Of a stretch of DNA of 64,000 nt, positions 1 to 9,437 are shown in pieces. Origin of the DNA: an uncultured bacterium (GTDB lineage: Bacteria; Muiribacteriota; UBA9980); contig CAZJFS010000003.1 in NCBI GenBank assembly GCA_964545075.1, positions 18,661 to 82,660 on the forward strand, given 5' to 3'. Below the pieces are notes generated by a model, which did not search any database, was not told the origin of the DNA, and worked only from the letters and a program-made list of their open reading frames with translations. Positions within the stretch are counted from its first letter, which is position 1; every line of letters starts with the position of its first letter. The position numbers were made by a program, and so were the translations under genes.

Positions 1-132
1 CAGATGCGCAAGATAATAGATCCTGAAAGTACCTTGTGGCTCAATGTTACAGAAGCTACCGGCCAGCCTTCCTACATCGGCAACGACCCGATCTTTCTTT
101 CCAAGCTTCAAAACAGCAGAGCTAATATGTGA
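1..132 (+). CDS. 3' fragment of an unidentified protein (…WLNVTEATGQPSYIGNDPIFLSKLQNSRANM*)
   Basis: Open frame 1 from the window edge to TGA at 130-132. The gene start is outside the window and no family is recognised. Confidence 0.3.
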   Translation, partial: QMRKIIDPESTLWLNVTEATGQPSYIGNDPIFLSKLQNSRANM

Positions 133-170
133 CGATCAGCTAACTATTAATTGCTATAAACTAATTTTAC

Positions 171-199
171 TTGATAATTGCTAAAATTTATGATAAAAT
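171..199 (+). promoter_or_regulatory. Sigma70-like promoter for yebC (TTGATA-17bp-TAAAAT)
   Basis: TTGATA at 171-176, a 17-bp spacer, and TAAAAT at 194-199. Followed by the RBS AAGGGGAGG at 246-254 and the ATG at 265. Confidence 0.4.
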
Positions 200-264
200 A
201 TAACAAATTTTTATCTTGAGCGAAATATTAAAACTCTAACTACATAAGGGGAGGAAACACATAA

Positions 265-1014
265 ATGTCAGGACACAACAGATGGGCAAAAGTTAAACAC
301 GTAAAAGCCAAAACAGACGCTATTAAAGGAAAAGTTTTCACGAAGGTCATCAAGGACCTCGTAATGGCCGCTAAGAACGGCGGCGGAGACCCGGGCCTTA
401 ACGCTTCGCTGAGAACTGCCATGCAGAAAGCTAAAGAAGTAAATATGCCTCAGAGTACGGTTAAGAACGCGATAATGCGTGGAACCGGCGAACTCCCGGG
501 CGTCAATTATGACGAACTCACTTACGAAGCATACGGTCCTGGCGGAACGGCAATAATCATCGACGTTCTTACCGATAACAAGAACAAGGCCGTCGCCGAA
601 GTGCGTTACATCATCGATAGAAACGGCGGAAAAATGGCCGAAGCCGGCGCCGTTAGCTACATGTTCAAGAAAAAAGCCGTCGTTATCGTCAGCGCGGAAA
701 AGGTTACCGAAGATAAACTCATGGAAATAGTATTGGACGCAGGCGCGGACGATGTCAAGCAGGACGAGGATATATTCGAGGTAACAGGCGAACCTAACAC
801 TCTTGAACCTATAAGAACGGCGATCGAAAAAGCCGGCCTTGAAGTTCAGAGCGCGGAGGTCAGCAAGGTTTCGGATACGAGCGTAATGGTTGCCGGCGAC
901 GACGCCAGAAAAATGCTCAAGCTTATAGATGCGCTTGAAGAATACGATGACGTTCAGAACGTATATTCAAATTACGATATGGACGAGAAAACTATGCAGG
1001 AGGCCATGGCTTGA
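265..1014 (+). CDS. yebC: YebC/PmpR-family transcriptional regulator (DUF28/TACO1)
   Basis: The 249-aa product begins MSGHNRWAKVKHVKAKTDAIKGKVFTK…NGGGDP, the hallmark YebC N-terminus. It sits in the classic position upstream of ruvC. Confidence 0.9.
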   Translation: MSGHNRWAKVKHVKAKTDAIKGKVFTKVIKDLVMAAKNGGGDPGLNASLRTAMQKAKEVNMPQSTVKNAIMRGTGELPGVNYDELTYEAYGPGGTAIIIDVLTDNKNKAVAEVRYIIDRNGGKMAEAGAVSYMFKKKAVVIVSAEKVTEDKLMEIVLDAGADDVKQDEDIFEVTGEPNTLEPIRTAIEKAGLEVQSAEVSKVSDTSVMVAGDDARKMLKLIDALEEYDDVQNVYSNYDMDEKTMQEAMA

Positions 1015-1532
1015 TAGTCATGGGAATTGATCCCGGAACCCACCGATGCGGATTTTCCGTCGTGGAAAGCTCGGGATCAAAGCTCCGGTTGATAACGGCC
1101 GGTATTTTCGATACCCGGGAAAAGGATAAAACCGTTCTCGCGGTCGAAAGGCTTAAAAGAATTAAAGAAGGCGTTGTCGGGCTTATAGCTAGCTTTAAGC
1201 CCGAGTCGCTTTCAATAGAAAGGCTCTTCATAAACCGCAATGTCAATACGGCGGTTTCGGTCGGCGAGTCGCGTGGCGTTGTAATGCTTTCGGCTTACGA
1301 ATGTGGCCTTAACATATTTGAATATACGCCGCAACAGATAAAAAGCGCCATAACCGGGAACGGCGCCGCTCCGAAAGAGCAGGTGCAGCAGATGGTAAAG
1401 GTTCTCATGGGACTCGAAAAACCCCCGAAGCCAGACGACGTAGCAGATGCCATAGCATGCGCGATATGTCATATACAGACCGCTCCATTCCTTAAAATTA
1501 CAAGTTTAGCAGTTAAAGCGATCAGTCATTAA
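1011..1532 (+). CDS. ruvC: Crossover junction endodeoxyribonuclease RuvC
   Basis: MGIDPGTHRCGFSVVE… carries the RuvC-type RNase H fold N-terminus. The start overlaps the yebC stop by 4 bp, indicating translational coupling. An alternative start lies at 1020. Confidence 0.85.
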   Translation: MIVMGIDPGTHRCGFSVVESSGSKLRLITAGIFDTREKDKTVLAVERLKRIKEGVVGLIASFKPESLSIERLFINRNVNTAVSVGESRGVVMLSAYECGLNIFEYTPQQIKSAITGNGAAPKEQVQQMVKVLMGLEKPPKPDDVADAIACAICHIQTAPFLKITSLAVKAISH

Positions 1533-1599
1533 ACTATTATAGAGCGGCCGGTTGTTTTTCACTGCTTCGCGCCCGAAAAAAGAAAATGCAGGTTTCGAT

Positions 1600-1627
1600 G
1601 AAAAGACAAGTTATTCTTTGTCTTTTC
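1600..1627 (+). promoter_or_regulatory. Hairpin between ruvC and ruvA (9-bp perfect stem GAAAAGACA / TGTCTTTTC)
   Basis: The stem and loop were read directly from the sequence and are followed by a T-rich stretch. It could act as a partial terminator or attenuator within the operon. Confidence 0.3.
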
Positions 1628-1667
1628 ATTGTGTTATTATAAAATAATATATTCAGCGGTGCACATT

Positions 1668-2282
1668 ATGATTTACTCAATAAAAGGCAAACTACTGGAA
1701 AAGCAGAAGGAAGCAATCATCGTGGAGGCTTCCGGCATAGCTTACGAAATAATATTCCTCTCATCATCTTATTCCAAACTTCCGGAGATAGACGGAGAAG
1801 TCAACGTATATACTAATTTCATAGTCCGTGAGGACGCGTTTTTTCTTTTCGGCTTTCTTTCGCGCGAAGAAAAAAATTTTTTCAATACACTCACTTCCGT
1901 TCCTGCGGTCGGCCCTAAAACGGCTTACAACATAATGAATACCGTTCCTATCCCGCGTCTTATCGAGGCGATATTGCGTGAAGACGAAAAATGTCTTACT
2001 CAGGTCTCGGGAATCGGCAGTAAGACCGCAAAAAGGATCATACTCGAATTGAAAGATAAAATGTCGAAGCTTCACTCCGCTTCAAAAGACGCGTCCTATG
2101 AATCTTTGGCCTCATCTTCCGGGGCGGCGCCTTCGCCATTCGCGGAAGCCAGGCTCGCGCTTGGTTCCCTCGGCTTCGGTTACGCCGAGATCGACAAAAT
2201 GCTGGACGGAATTTTAAAAGGCAGAGACGCGGGCCCTATTACTACGGAAGAAATAATAAAACAGGCGTTAAAAAAAAGATAA
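1668..2282 (+). CDS. ruvA: Holliday junction DNA helicase RuvA
   Basis: MIYSIKGKLLEK… followed by helix-hairpin-helix regions (GIGSKTAKRIILELKDK). The start was set at the internal Met at 1668; the ORF track begins at 1629. Confidence 0.85.
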   Translation: MIYSIKGKLLEKQKEAIIVEASGIAYEIIFLSSSYSKLPEIDGEVNVYTNFIVREDAFFLFGFLSREEKNFFNTLTSVPAVGPKTAYNIMNTVPIPRLIEAILREDEKCLTQVSGIGSKTAKRIILELKDKMSKLHSASKDASYESLASSSGAAPSPFAEARLALGSLGFGYAEIDKMLDGILKGRDAGPITTEEIIKQALKKR

Positions 2283-2285
2283 GCG

Positions 2286-3350
2286 GTGAATCCGATGGCT
2301 ATAAGCTCAGACGAAAATTTTGAACACATCTTAAACCCTGAATTTCAGGCCAATGATAAACATACCGACATAAGGCCGCGAACGCTCGATAAGTTCATCG
2401 GGCAAAAAAAGATCAAGGAGAAATTAAAGATATATATGCAGGCCGCTAAAAAACGCGGTGACGTGCTTGATCATGTCCTTTTGTGCGGCCCTCCGGGTGT
2501 CGGAAAGACGACGCTCGCCAATATTATCGCATCTGAAATGGAAGTTTCCATTACTACGACTTCGGGCCCGATACTAGAACGCCAGGGTGATCTGGCTGCT
2601 ATACTTACTAATATAGGTCAGGGATCGGTGCTTTTCGTGGACGAAATACACCGTATCAACCATACGGTCGAAGAGATACTCTATCCCGCGCTTGAAGATT
2701 TCAAACTCGACATAATTTTAGGAAAGGGGCCTTCAGCGAAAACTATAAGGCTTGATCTTCCGCCGTTCACGCTTATCGGAGCTACGACCCGCCAGGGTAT
2801 GATCAGCGCACCGCTGCGCGACAGATTCGGCGTGGTTCTTTTCATTGATTACTATGAACCAGAGGACCTCGTCGATATAATAAAGAACGCCGCCGAGCTG
2901 CTTAAAGTGAAGATCACAGACGATGGTGCTTTTGAAATAGCCAGGCGTTCGCGCGGAACGCCGCGAATAGCTACAAGGATATTGAAAAGGGTCCGGGATT
3001 TTGCCGAGGTCAGGCATAACGGCGTTATAGATTCGGCGATAGCCGATCAATCGCTTTCCATGCTTGAAATTGACAAGCTCGGTCTTGACGCCATCGACAA
3101 CAGGATATTGACGACGATAATCGAAAAATATGACGGAGGACCTGTTTCAGGAGACACTATCGCCGTTTCGGTTGGCGAGGATTCGGACACCATATATGAC
3201 GTTTATGAACCGTACCTTATAAAATTAGGGTTTATACAGCGAACTCCTCGCGGCAGGGTGGCGACGCGGCTCGCATACGAGCATCTGAAAATACCGTACA
3301 ATAAAAAACGTGATTTCAACGGAGGCGCTTCGCAAAGCGAGCTGTTCTAG
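2286..3350 (+). CDS. ruvB: Holliday junction branch migration ATPase RuvB
   Basis: Walker A motif [11 protein letters not shown] is present. The AAA+ protein has a RuvB-type C-terminus and is adjacent to ruvA. Confidence 0.9.
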   Translation: MNPMAISSDENFEHILNPEFQANDKHTDIRPRTLDKFIGQKKIKEKLKIYMQAAKKRGDVLDHVLLCGPPGVGKTTLANIIASEMEVSITTTSGPILERQGDLAAILTNIGQGSVLFVDEIHRINHTVEEILYPALEDFKLDIILGKGPSAKTIRLDLPPFTLIGATTRQGMISAPLRDRFGVVLFIDYYEPEDLVDIIKNAAELLKVKITDDGAFEIARRSRGTPRIATRILKRVRDFAEVRHNGVIDSAIADQSLSMLEIDKLGLDAIDNRILTTIIEKYDGGPVSGDTIAVSVGEDSDTIYDVYEPYLIKLGFIQRTPRGRVATRLAYEHLKIPYNKKRDFNGGASQSELF

Positions 3351-3434
3351 AGAAAGTTCTTTGAAATATTAAAATTTATCAGGCTTTATTATTAATATTA
3401 TTATTAATTTTTAATAAAAGCCGATATGTGAAAT

Positions 3435-4694
3435 ATGAAAAAATATTTTTCATATTCATTATTTATAATGTTAGTTTTTACATGTCTTTTAGTCTTCGCC
3501 GGCGATGCTTGGGCTAAGTCCATACCGAGCCTTAAGGTCGGGATTGTAAAGGCGTCGTCGTCGATAACCCTTAGCAACGTTGATTATTCAAGTTCGAAGG
3601 AATATTCGAACGTTCTGAAAAAAAACAGGATAGCTCAGAATTTCACTCTCAAACTGGAGACTTATAAGGATTCGCGCGGCAAACAAGCGTTAAAAGTTGG
3701 AGGCATCGCGACGGGGGCTTCAAAATTCAAGATTTACCCTAAAAAAAACTCTTTCGTGAAGATAAATGGAGCGCCTTATCGCGGCGATTTTGACATAATA
3801 ATAATAAGAGGCTCGATATATGTAATAAACAACGTGACTATGGAGGATTATCTCAAAGGCCTTCTTTCATGTGAAATGGAGCCGGAATCGGATATCGAAG
3901 CTTTAAAGGCGCAGGCCGTAGTGGCCAGAACTTACGCCTTGACGACTTCCGGGAAGCACAAATCGCTAGGTTATGATGTGTGTAACAGCACTTGCTGTCA
4001 GGTTTATAAGGGTGTCGCTCATGAAACTGAAAAGACGAACAGGGCTGTCGAACAAACCGAAGGCGCGGTCATAGAATATAAGGGAAAATTGATAAACTCC
4101 TATTATTGTTCCGCTTGCGGCGGGCAGACAGAATCGGTTGAAGAAGCATGGCCCGGAGCGTCTTCGAAGAAATATCTGAAAGTGATTAAATGCGATTATT
4201 GCTCGGCGGATGGAAGGGTCGCCTGGACATACCGTATCAGTAAAAAGGAATTCGTCAGCAAGATGCGTCAGGCCGGCTTTAACCTGACAGGCGTGATATC
4301 TTCAAAATCTGAAGATAGAACCGGTTCCGGAAGATTTTACACGGTTGAGATCGAGGATCCGTCGGGTCCGGTCTTCTGCTCGGTGGAAGTGATCAGAAAA
4401 GCATTCGGAAATTCTAACATAAAATCAAATTATTTTAATGTAGCCGTAGAGGGCGGCAGATCAAAGTTCAGGCCCTCGAGCGTAAGAAAGATAGATGACA
4501 TAATAAAGGAAAAGTCATCCTATAATCGGGCTAATCTTGAAAATTCATATGTAACTTTCAGCGGAAGCGGCCATGGCCACGGAGTGGGAATGTGCCAGCA
4601 CGGAGCGAAAAAAATGGCGGCCGAAGGCAAAAATTACAAGGATATATTAAAATATTATTTTACAAGGGAAATTAATGTTAAAAGAATATATTAA
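3435..4694 (+). CDS. SpoIID/LytB-domain protein (secreted, lytic transglycosylase/amidase-enhancer family)
   Basis: The N-terminus is a signal peptide. The motifs ARTYALT…CNSTCCQVYKG…YYCSACGGQTES are characteristic of the SpoIID/LytB family. Confidence 0.75.
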   Translation: MKKYFSYSLFIMLVFTCLLVFAGDAWAKSIPSLKVGIVKASSSITLSNVDYSSSKEYSNVLKKNRIAQNFTLKLETYKDSRGKQALKVGGIATGASKFKIYPKKNSFVKINGAPYRGDFDIIIIRGSIYVINNVTMEDYLKGLLSCEMEPESDIEALKAQAVVARTYALTTSGKHKSLGYDVCNSTCCQVYKGVAHETEKTNRAVEQTEGAVIEYKGKLINSYYCSACGGQTESVEEAWPGASSKKYLKVIKCDYCSADGRVAWTYRISKKEFVSKMRQAGFNLTGVISSKSEDRTGSGRFYTVEIEDPSGPVFCSVEVIRKAFGNSNIKSNYFNVAVEGGRSKFRPSSVRKIDDIIKEKSSYNRANLENSYVTFSGSGHGHGVGMCQHGAKKMAAEGKNYKDILKYYFTREINVKRIY

Positions 4695-4732
4695 TAAACT
4701 AATTAATAAAAAATCAAAGTAGGTGAAGAGCG

Positions 4733-5794
4733 ATGTTTAGTTTTGGTTCATCAAAATCAGCGATTGGCCTCGATATCGGAACATATTCGATAAAGATGGT
4801 ACAGCTAAAGAAAGGGGCGGGTGACCCCCAGATTTTAAGTTTCGGCATTGCTCAGCTTCCGCAGGGTTCCGCCGCGTCCGATGGACAGATAGTGGATACC
4901 AACGCGGTCTCTGAGGTAATAAAGGATCTTTTCAAATCCTCGAAGATCAAGCCCAACAATGTCGTTACGTGTCTTTCAAATCAGAATATCATTTCGCGTT
5001 TCATAAAGGTTCCGATGATGGCCGATAACGAACTTGAAGAAGCCGTCAAGTATGAGGCGGAACAATACGTGCCTTACGCGCTCGATGAAATGAACCTGAG
5101 TTTTTATAAACTTTCTCAGGTCGAGGAAGACGGTATTGCTCAGCATTTCATACTTTTAGTGTGCGCGCAGAAGGAGCTTCTGAAGAACTTTCTGGGTTCG
5201 CTCAAAAATGCCAGCATTACGCCACAAGTTGTCGACGTCGACAACATAGCCATAATAAACGCGCTTGAAAAATCGATAAGGCCCGAGGAAGTTACGGCGA
5301 TAATCGATATAGGCGCGAGTTCAACGAATATTAACATAATAAAGGAAGGCGTTCTCAAATTCACGCGTAATATTTTGATCGCTGGAAATAACATAACTAA
5401 CGCCATCATGAATGTTTTGAAACTGGACTTTGCGCAGGCTGAGAATATAAAAACGGAAGAGGTCGTTGTATCGACCGATGAGGGTGGCGAAAACAATGAC
5501 GTTTCAGAGGTCGTAAGAAGTATAATTGAGGAACTTGCCTCGGAAATCAGACGCTCCTTTGATTATTACAAGGCACAGCATCGCGAACAAACCATCAATA
5601 GGATACTGCTTTCGGGCGGTACGGCGAAACTTAAAAACCTCGATGTTTTCCTTGCCAACGAGCTTGGCATAGAGGTTGAAAAAGCCAATCCAATGAATGG
5701 TATAGCGGCTAATGTCGCTAACGCTGACCAGCTGAACGATCATCTGCTCGAACTTACTGCGGCGATAGGTCTCGCCCTACGCGAGGTGATATAA
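4733..5794 (+). CDS. pilM: Type IV pilus assembly protein PilM (actin-like ATPase fold)
   Basis: GLDIGTYSIKMVQL… gives an actin/FtsA-like N-terminus. It is the first gene of the pilMNOPQ gene order. Confidence 0.85.
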   Translation: MFSFGSSKSAIGLDIGTYSIKMVQLKKGAGDPQILSFGIAQLPQGSAASDGQIVDTNAVSEVIKDLFKSSKIKPNNVVTCLSNQNIISRFIKVPMMADNELEEAVKYEAEQYVPYALDEMNLSFYKLSQVEEDGIAQHFILLVCAQKELLKNFLGSLKNASITPQVVDVDNIAIINALEKSIRPEEVTAIIDIGASSTNINIIKEGVLKFTRNILIAGNNITNAIMNVLKLDFAQAENIKTEEVVVSTDEGGENNDVSEVVRSIIEELASEIRRSFDYYKAQHREQTINRILLSGGTAKLKNLDVFLANELGIEVEKANPMNGIAANVANADQLNDHLLELTAAIGLALREVI

Positions 5795-5797
5795 TTT

Positions 5798-6553
5798 ATG
5801 ATCAAAATAAATCTACTCCCGCAAAAAAAGCGAATGCAGCTGCCAAAGGTTCCTATCGGGACTATACTTGGCGTTATAATACTGGCGGCTCTTGGATATT
5901 ATTTATGGGTCATTCAGGAAGAAAATTTCCAGACGCATCTTCAGGAACTTCAGGAAAAGATAAAACAGCTTGAAAACAAGAAAAAACAGGTCCTCGCCGA
6001 TAAGCAGGAAAAGTTATCCGCTATTGATCAGCAGATTAACCTTTACCGCCAGCAGGTCAACCTCATAAAAAGACTCATCGGTTCCGACATGGTGCCGTGG
6101 AGCAGCGTGTTCGAGGATCTTACGGTTCTCGTTCCGAAGGACACGGTGTGGCTTAAGAGCTTCCAGTGCGAAGGCGACAGCAAGATCCTGATGCAGGGCG
6201 TCGCAAGAAGCGATCCGAACGTCGATCAGAAAAAACAGGAAGGCCAGAAGATAATGACTTCCATAGCCAAATTCATCGAAAATATGACCGATTGCTTCTA
6301 CATATCCAATGTTTATCTTTCAACTTCGCAGAAAACCCAGATGCATGGTCAGGACGTATATCAGTTCTCGCTTTCCGCAAAGATCGACAGGACCAAGAAG
6401 AGCGGCGGCGGAAGTGACAGCGGTTCCGATGCCGGAACAACGTCGACGGGCGGAGGCGCAGCCGCTCCCTCAGGCGGAGGTACAGCCGCTCCCTCGGGCG
6501 GAGGCACAGCCGCGCCGGCAGACGGTAATGCAACCGGAGGTGGAAACAAATGA
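5798..6553 (+). CDS. pilN: Type IV pilus assembly protein PilN, with a C-terminal Gly/Ser/Ala/Pro-rich low-complexity tail
   Basis: MIKINLLPQKKR is the canonical PilN start. A single TM helix is followed by a coiled coil. The C-terminal 50 residues are low-complexity: GGGSDSGSD…(APSGGGTA)x3. Confidence 0.85.
   Translation: MIKINLLPQKKRMQLPKVPIGTILGVIILAALGYYLWVIQEENFQTHLQELQEKIKQLENKKKQVLADKQEKLSAIDQQINLYRQQVNLIKRLIGSDMVPWSSVFEDLTVLVPKDTVWLKSFQCEGDSKILMQGVARSDPNVDQKKQEGQKIMTSIAKFIENMTDCFYISNVYLSTSQKTQMHGQDVYQFSLSAKIDRTKKSGGGSDSGSDAGTTSTGGGAAAPSGGGTAAPSGGGTAAPADGNATGGGNK
6451..6522 (+). repeat. 3 tandem copies of a 24-bp unit encoding APSGGGTA inside pilN
   Basis: The sequence cggaggNNcagccgctccctcNgg repeats three times in tandem, as seen directly in the sequence. 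Confidence 0.6.
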
Positions 6554-7116
6554 ACAACACAAAAGTAATGATATTCGTTCTTTTCGTTATAATAGCCGCT
6601 TCCATGATCGGTGTTTGGTATTTCGTGAATTACAAAGAATATGAAATGCAGGTCGAGGACAAAAACGCTACGATAGAAAGCCTTCAAAAAGCGATAGATA
6701 ACGTCGGTCGCGTTGAAGAGGACCTTAAAAGGAAAAATGCCGAACTTGCTGAGATCAAGGAAGAATTTGAAAAACTGAAGAAAAAGATACAGATAAAGGT
6801 TGACGTTCCAAAAATGCTTAAAGAAACCGAGCAGGCAGCCCTTGACACCAAGGTGAAGTTCAACGAGATCAAGATCGAAAACCTGGTGCCTTATGAAGGA
6901 TATTCGGAAATTCCGATCGAGCTTCAAATAGTTGGAACTTATCATGACCTCGGGAAGTACCTTAGAAAACTTGAACATATGAAGCTTTTTAACGTTAACG
7001 CGGGAACATTGCAGCTTCAGCCGTTTATAGGCCGTGAGGGTTCGAACAAGGTTGAAATAAATATGTCGCTTAATGTTAAGTCGTTCGTTCTCAATGACGC
7101 CGGAGGTGGTCTGTAA
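6550..7116 (+). CDS. pilO: Type IV pilus assembly protein PilO
   Basis: It has an N-terminal TM helix, a coiled coil and a PilO-like C-terminal domain. Its start overlaps pilN by 4 bp and it holds the correct position in the operon. Confidence 0.75.
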   Translation: MNNTKVMIFVLFVIIAASMIGVWYFVNYKEYEMQVEDKNATIESLQKAIDNVGRVEEDLKRKNAELAEIKEEFEKLKKKIQIKVDVPKMLKETEQAALDTKVKFNEIKIENLVPYEGYSEIPIELQIVGTYHDLGKYLRKLEHMKLFNVNAGTLQLQPFIGREGSNKVEINMSLNVKSFVLNDAGGGL

Positions 7117-7117
7117 A

Positions 7118-7753
7118 ATGTTAAAAAAATATGAAAATAAAATTGGTCTGACGGCCATTGTGTTTACGCTTATAATTTTCGCCGCTGTATTTGTATCGTG
7201 GGAAGCGGCTTATTCTCAGGATGCACCGCCTGCCGCGCCTGATGCGGCTCCTGCGGCGCCTGATGCAGCACCGCCTGCCGACGCTGCAGCAACTACTCCC
7301 GCTGCCGCGCCCGACGCTGCAGCAACTGCTCCCGCAACGCCTGACGCGGCCGCTGCAACTCCTGCGGCAACGACCGCAGCTGCTCCCGCGGCAGGCGAAG
7401 AGGAACCTTTAGTCGAGTATTCGCCCAAGGATAAAAGCAAGGACCCGAAGGATCCTTTTAAACCGCTTGTAATGCCTCCTCCGCCGGTCGCACCTCCTGT
7501 GTCGCAGCAGCAGAATGTCGCGAAGAAGACGGAAGTTCAGGTTCCGCCCCTTCCTTTGAAAGTAACGTTTATCTGCGGTTCGGACGCTAAGAAGATAGCG
7601 GTACTTTCGCTTAACAACAAAACTTATGAAATGGCGGCTGGCGAGCAGGAAGATTCGGGGCTTTTCAAAATATTGGAAGTTACCGATTCCAAGGTTAAGA
7701 TATTCGATTCCCGCGTTCAAAAAGAAAGAGACATATTTCTTCAGGGCCTTTAA
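7118..7753 (+). CDS. pilP: PilP-like pilus assembly lipoprotein-position protein with an Ala/Pro/Thr-rich linker
   Basis: A TM or signal segment is followed by a roughly 70-aa AP(D)AA repeat linker and then a compact beta domain (VTFICGSDAKKIAVLS…KIFD). It lies between pilO and the secretin gene. The start was chosen at the ATG just after the pilO stop; the ORF track begins at 7073. Confidence 0.6.
   Translation: MLKKYENKIGLTAIVFTLIIFAAVFVSWEAAYSQDAPPAAPDAAPAAPDAAPPADAAATTPAAAPDAAATAPATPDAAAATPAATTAAAPAAGEEEPLVEYSPKDKSKDPKDPFKPLVMPPPPVAPPVSQQQNVAKKTEVQVPPLPLKVTFICGSDAKKIAVLSLNNKTYEMAAGEQEDSGLFKILEVTDSKVKIFDSRVQKERDIFLQGL
7225..7400 (+). repeat. Imperfect short tandem repeats encoding an Ala/Pro-rich linker (APDAA/ATPAA units) in pilP
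   Basis: Repeated gcNcctgaYgcNgc motifs are visible. On the antisense strand they create spurious Ala-rich ORFs (7191-7440). Confidence 0.5.
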
Positions 7754-7926
7754 AAAAAGTTTGTCGTTGTCTGGAAATAAAATATGTTTTTTTACAATTT
7801 AGATATTAAACTTTTCAAAAAATAATCGATATATTGTCGTAGCATGTTAAAAGGATTTTACATTTAAATCTTTTTGTTTTAAAAACAACATTTAAAGTAA
7901 TAGTCGAAGAATCGAGGAGGTATCTT

Positions 7927-9300
7927 ATGAACCACAGAGTTAAAAGTTGCAGGCCGCTGAAAAAAGGAAGAGTGAAACTCGCTCCCGGATTTATGTTTGC
8001 AATTTTTGTTTTTTGGGTAGCGGCATCTTTATTCAATGCGCAGGCCGCGAATGCGCAGGCACCCGCAGCAGGCGGCGGCGGAGGAAGCTCTAATGAATAT
8101 ATTTCAATGAGTACTCAGGGCGGCGGAGAGGATATCAGGCAGGTCGTCAAAACGATAGCCAAGCAGGCCGGCGTTAACATTCTCTGCGACAGGTCCGTTT
8201 CGGGCAAAGTTGTTTTCTCGCTAAAGGACGTATATTATGAAACTGCCCTTCAGCTTATCGCAAAGACGAACAATCTCGCGGTTAGAAAAGAAGGAAACAC
8301 CTTCGTTATCGGCCAGGCAAAAGCGCTTGCGGAAGGTTTTGACAGGAACACCACCAGAAACTATAAACTTAATTTCGCTAAGCCTGAAGACGTTCAGAAG
8401 ACCATATCGGAAGTTTATAAATCGACGACGGGAACTCCTATTAAAGTAGCCGTTGACAAACGTATAAACGCTATAGTCGTTCAGGGAACTAAAGAACAGC
8501 TCGACCAGATATCAGATCTTGTTAAGCAGCTTGACGTCAAGGTCCATCAGGTCCTTTTAGAGGCTAAGATAGTAGAAGTTTTAACGAGCGGCGCGCACGA
8601 TATCGGAATGCAGTGGGGATGGGGCGCTGGAACATATTCGGAAGGCAAGTCAAGTTCGACCGGAAAGATCGGCGCCATCACGGAAGTACAGGCTAAAAGC
8701 GCAAATTCATCTTCATACAGACCAGAACTTAACAGTTTAGCGGTCGGCGGTCAGGGCGACGTATTCAGTCTGGGAGATTTTTACAGAGGCCCTATGTTCT
8801 TTGAAGCTACTCTTCACGCTCTTGAAACAAGCGGCAATGGAAAACTTTTAAGTAATCCGAAAATCGCCACTTTGAACGGCCAGAAGGCCAGCATAGAAGT
8901 CGGTCAGAAAATCGCGTACTATACCGGCGGCGATCAGGGTGCCGGAGAAAAAGATGTAGGTATAAAACTTACGGTAACGCCTCAGATCAACGATGAAGGC
9001 TGGATTACAGCTGAAATAGCCCCTGAAGTAAGTTACCTTGAAAAATACGATGACGCTACGAATAAATTGCCTCTCATCGGCAGAAGACTCGCTAACACAG
9101 TCGTACGCGTTAAGGACGGCGAAGAGATCCTTATCGGCGGTCTTATCAAGGAAAGCAGTACTACCGGACAGACGAATTTCCCGGTTCTTGGAAACATACC
9201 GCTGCTTAAGACTTTATTCTCCAGCAAGAAGGTCAGCGAGGACACTCAACAGTTGATAATTCTGATTAAACCTTCCATTATACCCGAACAGGAAAGCTAG
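7927..9300 (+). CDS. pilQ: Type IV pilus secretin PilQ (compact, 457 aa)
   Basis: The secretin C-domain motifs NPKIATLNGQKASIEVGQ and PVLGNIPLLKTLF are present. An N0-like domain follows the signal peptide. Confidence 0.85.
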   Translation: MNHRVKSCRPLKKGRVKLAPGFMFAIFVFWVAASLFNAQAANAQAPAAGGGGGSSNEYISMSTQGGGEDIRQVVKTIAKQAGVNILCDRSVSGKVVFSLKDVYYETALQLIAKTNNLAVRKEGNTFVIGQAKALAEGFDRNTTRNYKLNFAKPEDVQKTISEVYKSTTGTPIKVAVDKRINAIVVQGTKEQLDQISDLVKQLDVKVHQVLLEAKIVEVLTSGAHDIGMQWGWGAGTYSEGKSSSTGKIGAITEVQAKSANSSSYRPELNSLAVGGQGDVFSLGDFYRGPMFFEATLHALETSGNGKLLSNPKIATLNGQKASIEVGQKIAYYTGGDQGAGEKDVGIKLTVTPQINDEGWITAEIAPEVSYLEKYDDATNKLPLIGRRLANTVVRVKDGEEILIGGLIKESSTTGQTNFPVLGNIPLLKTLFSSKKVSEDTQQLIILIKPSIIPEQES

Positions 9301-9339
9301 CAAGCTTGAACCTGACGGTGACATAAAATAAAAAAACGG

Positions 9340-9372
9340 TCCCTTGCGATTTCGCGGGGCCGTTTTTTTTAT
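9340..9372. terminator. Bidirectional rho-independent terminator between pilQ and the convergent gene
   Basis: An A-run is followed by a CGGTCCC…GGGGCCG stem with one G-U pair and then a T8 run. It therefore looks like a terminator on both strands. Confidence 0.6.
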
Positions 9373-9437
9373 AGGTGCGCCCGGCATGGGCGATAACTTT
9401 TTAAAACAAGACCTGTTACGATATTTTAGCGTGAATT

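Noticed and set aside
240-422. A 60-aa minus-strand ORF overlapping the yebC start.
   Set aside because: It is antisense to the highly conserved YebC N-terminus. It is spurious.
6273-7158. Long antisense ORFs (110 and 265 aa on the minus strand, 111 aa in an alternative plus frame) across pilN/pilO.
   Set aside because: They overlap well-supported pilN/pilO coding sequence and come from the low-complexity repeat region, which gives Arg/Pro/Leu-rich translations. They are not credible genes.
7191-7720. Ala-rich and Arg/Leu-rich ORFs antisense to, or out of frame with, pilP.
   Set aside because: They are a product of the GC-rich Ala/Pro codon repeats in pilP. Their composition is low-complexity and they lack start context.
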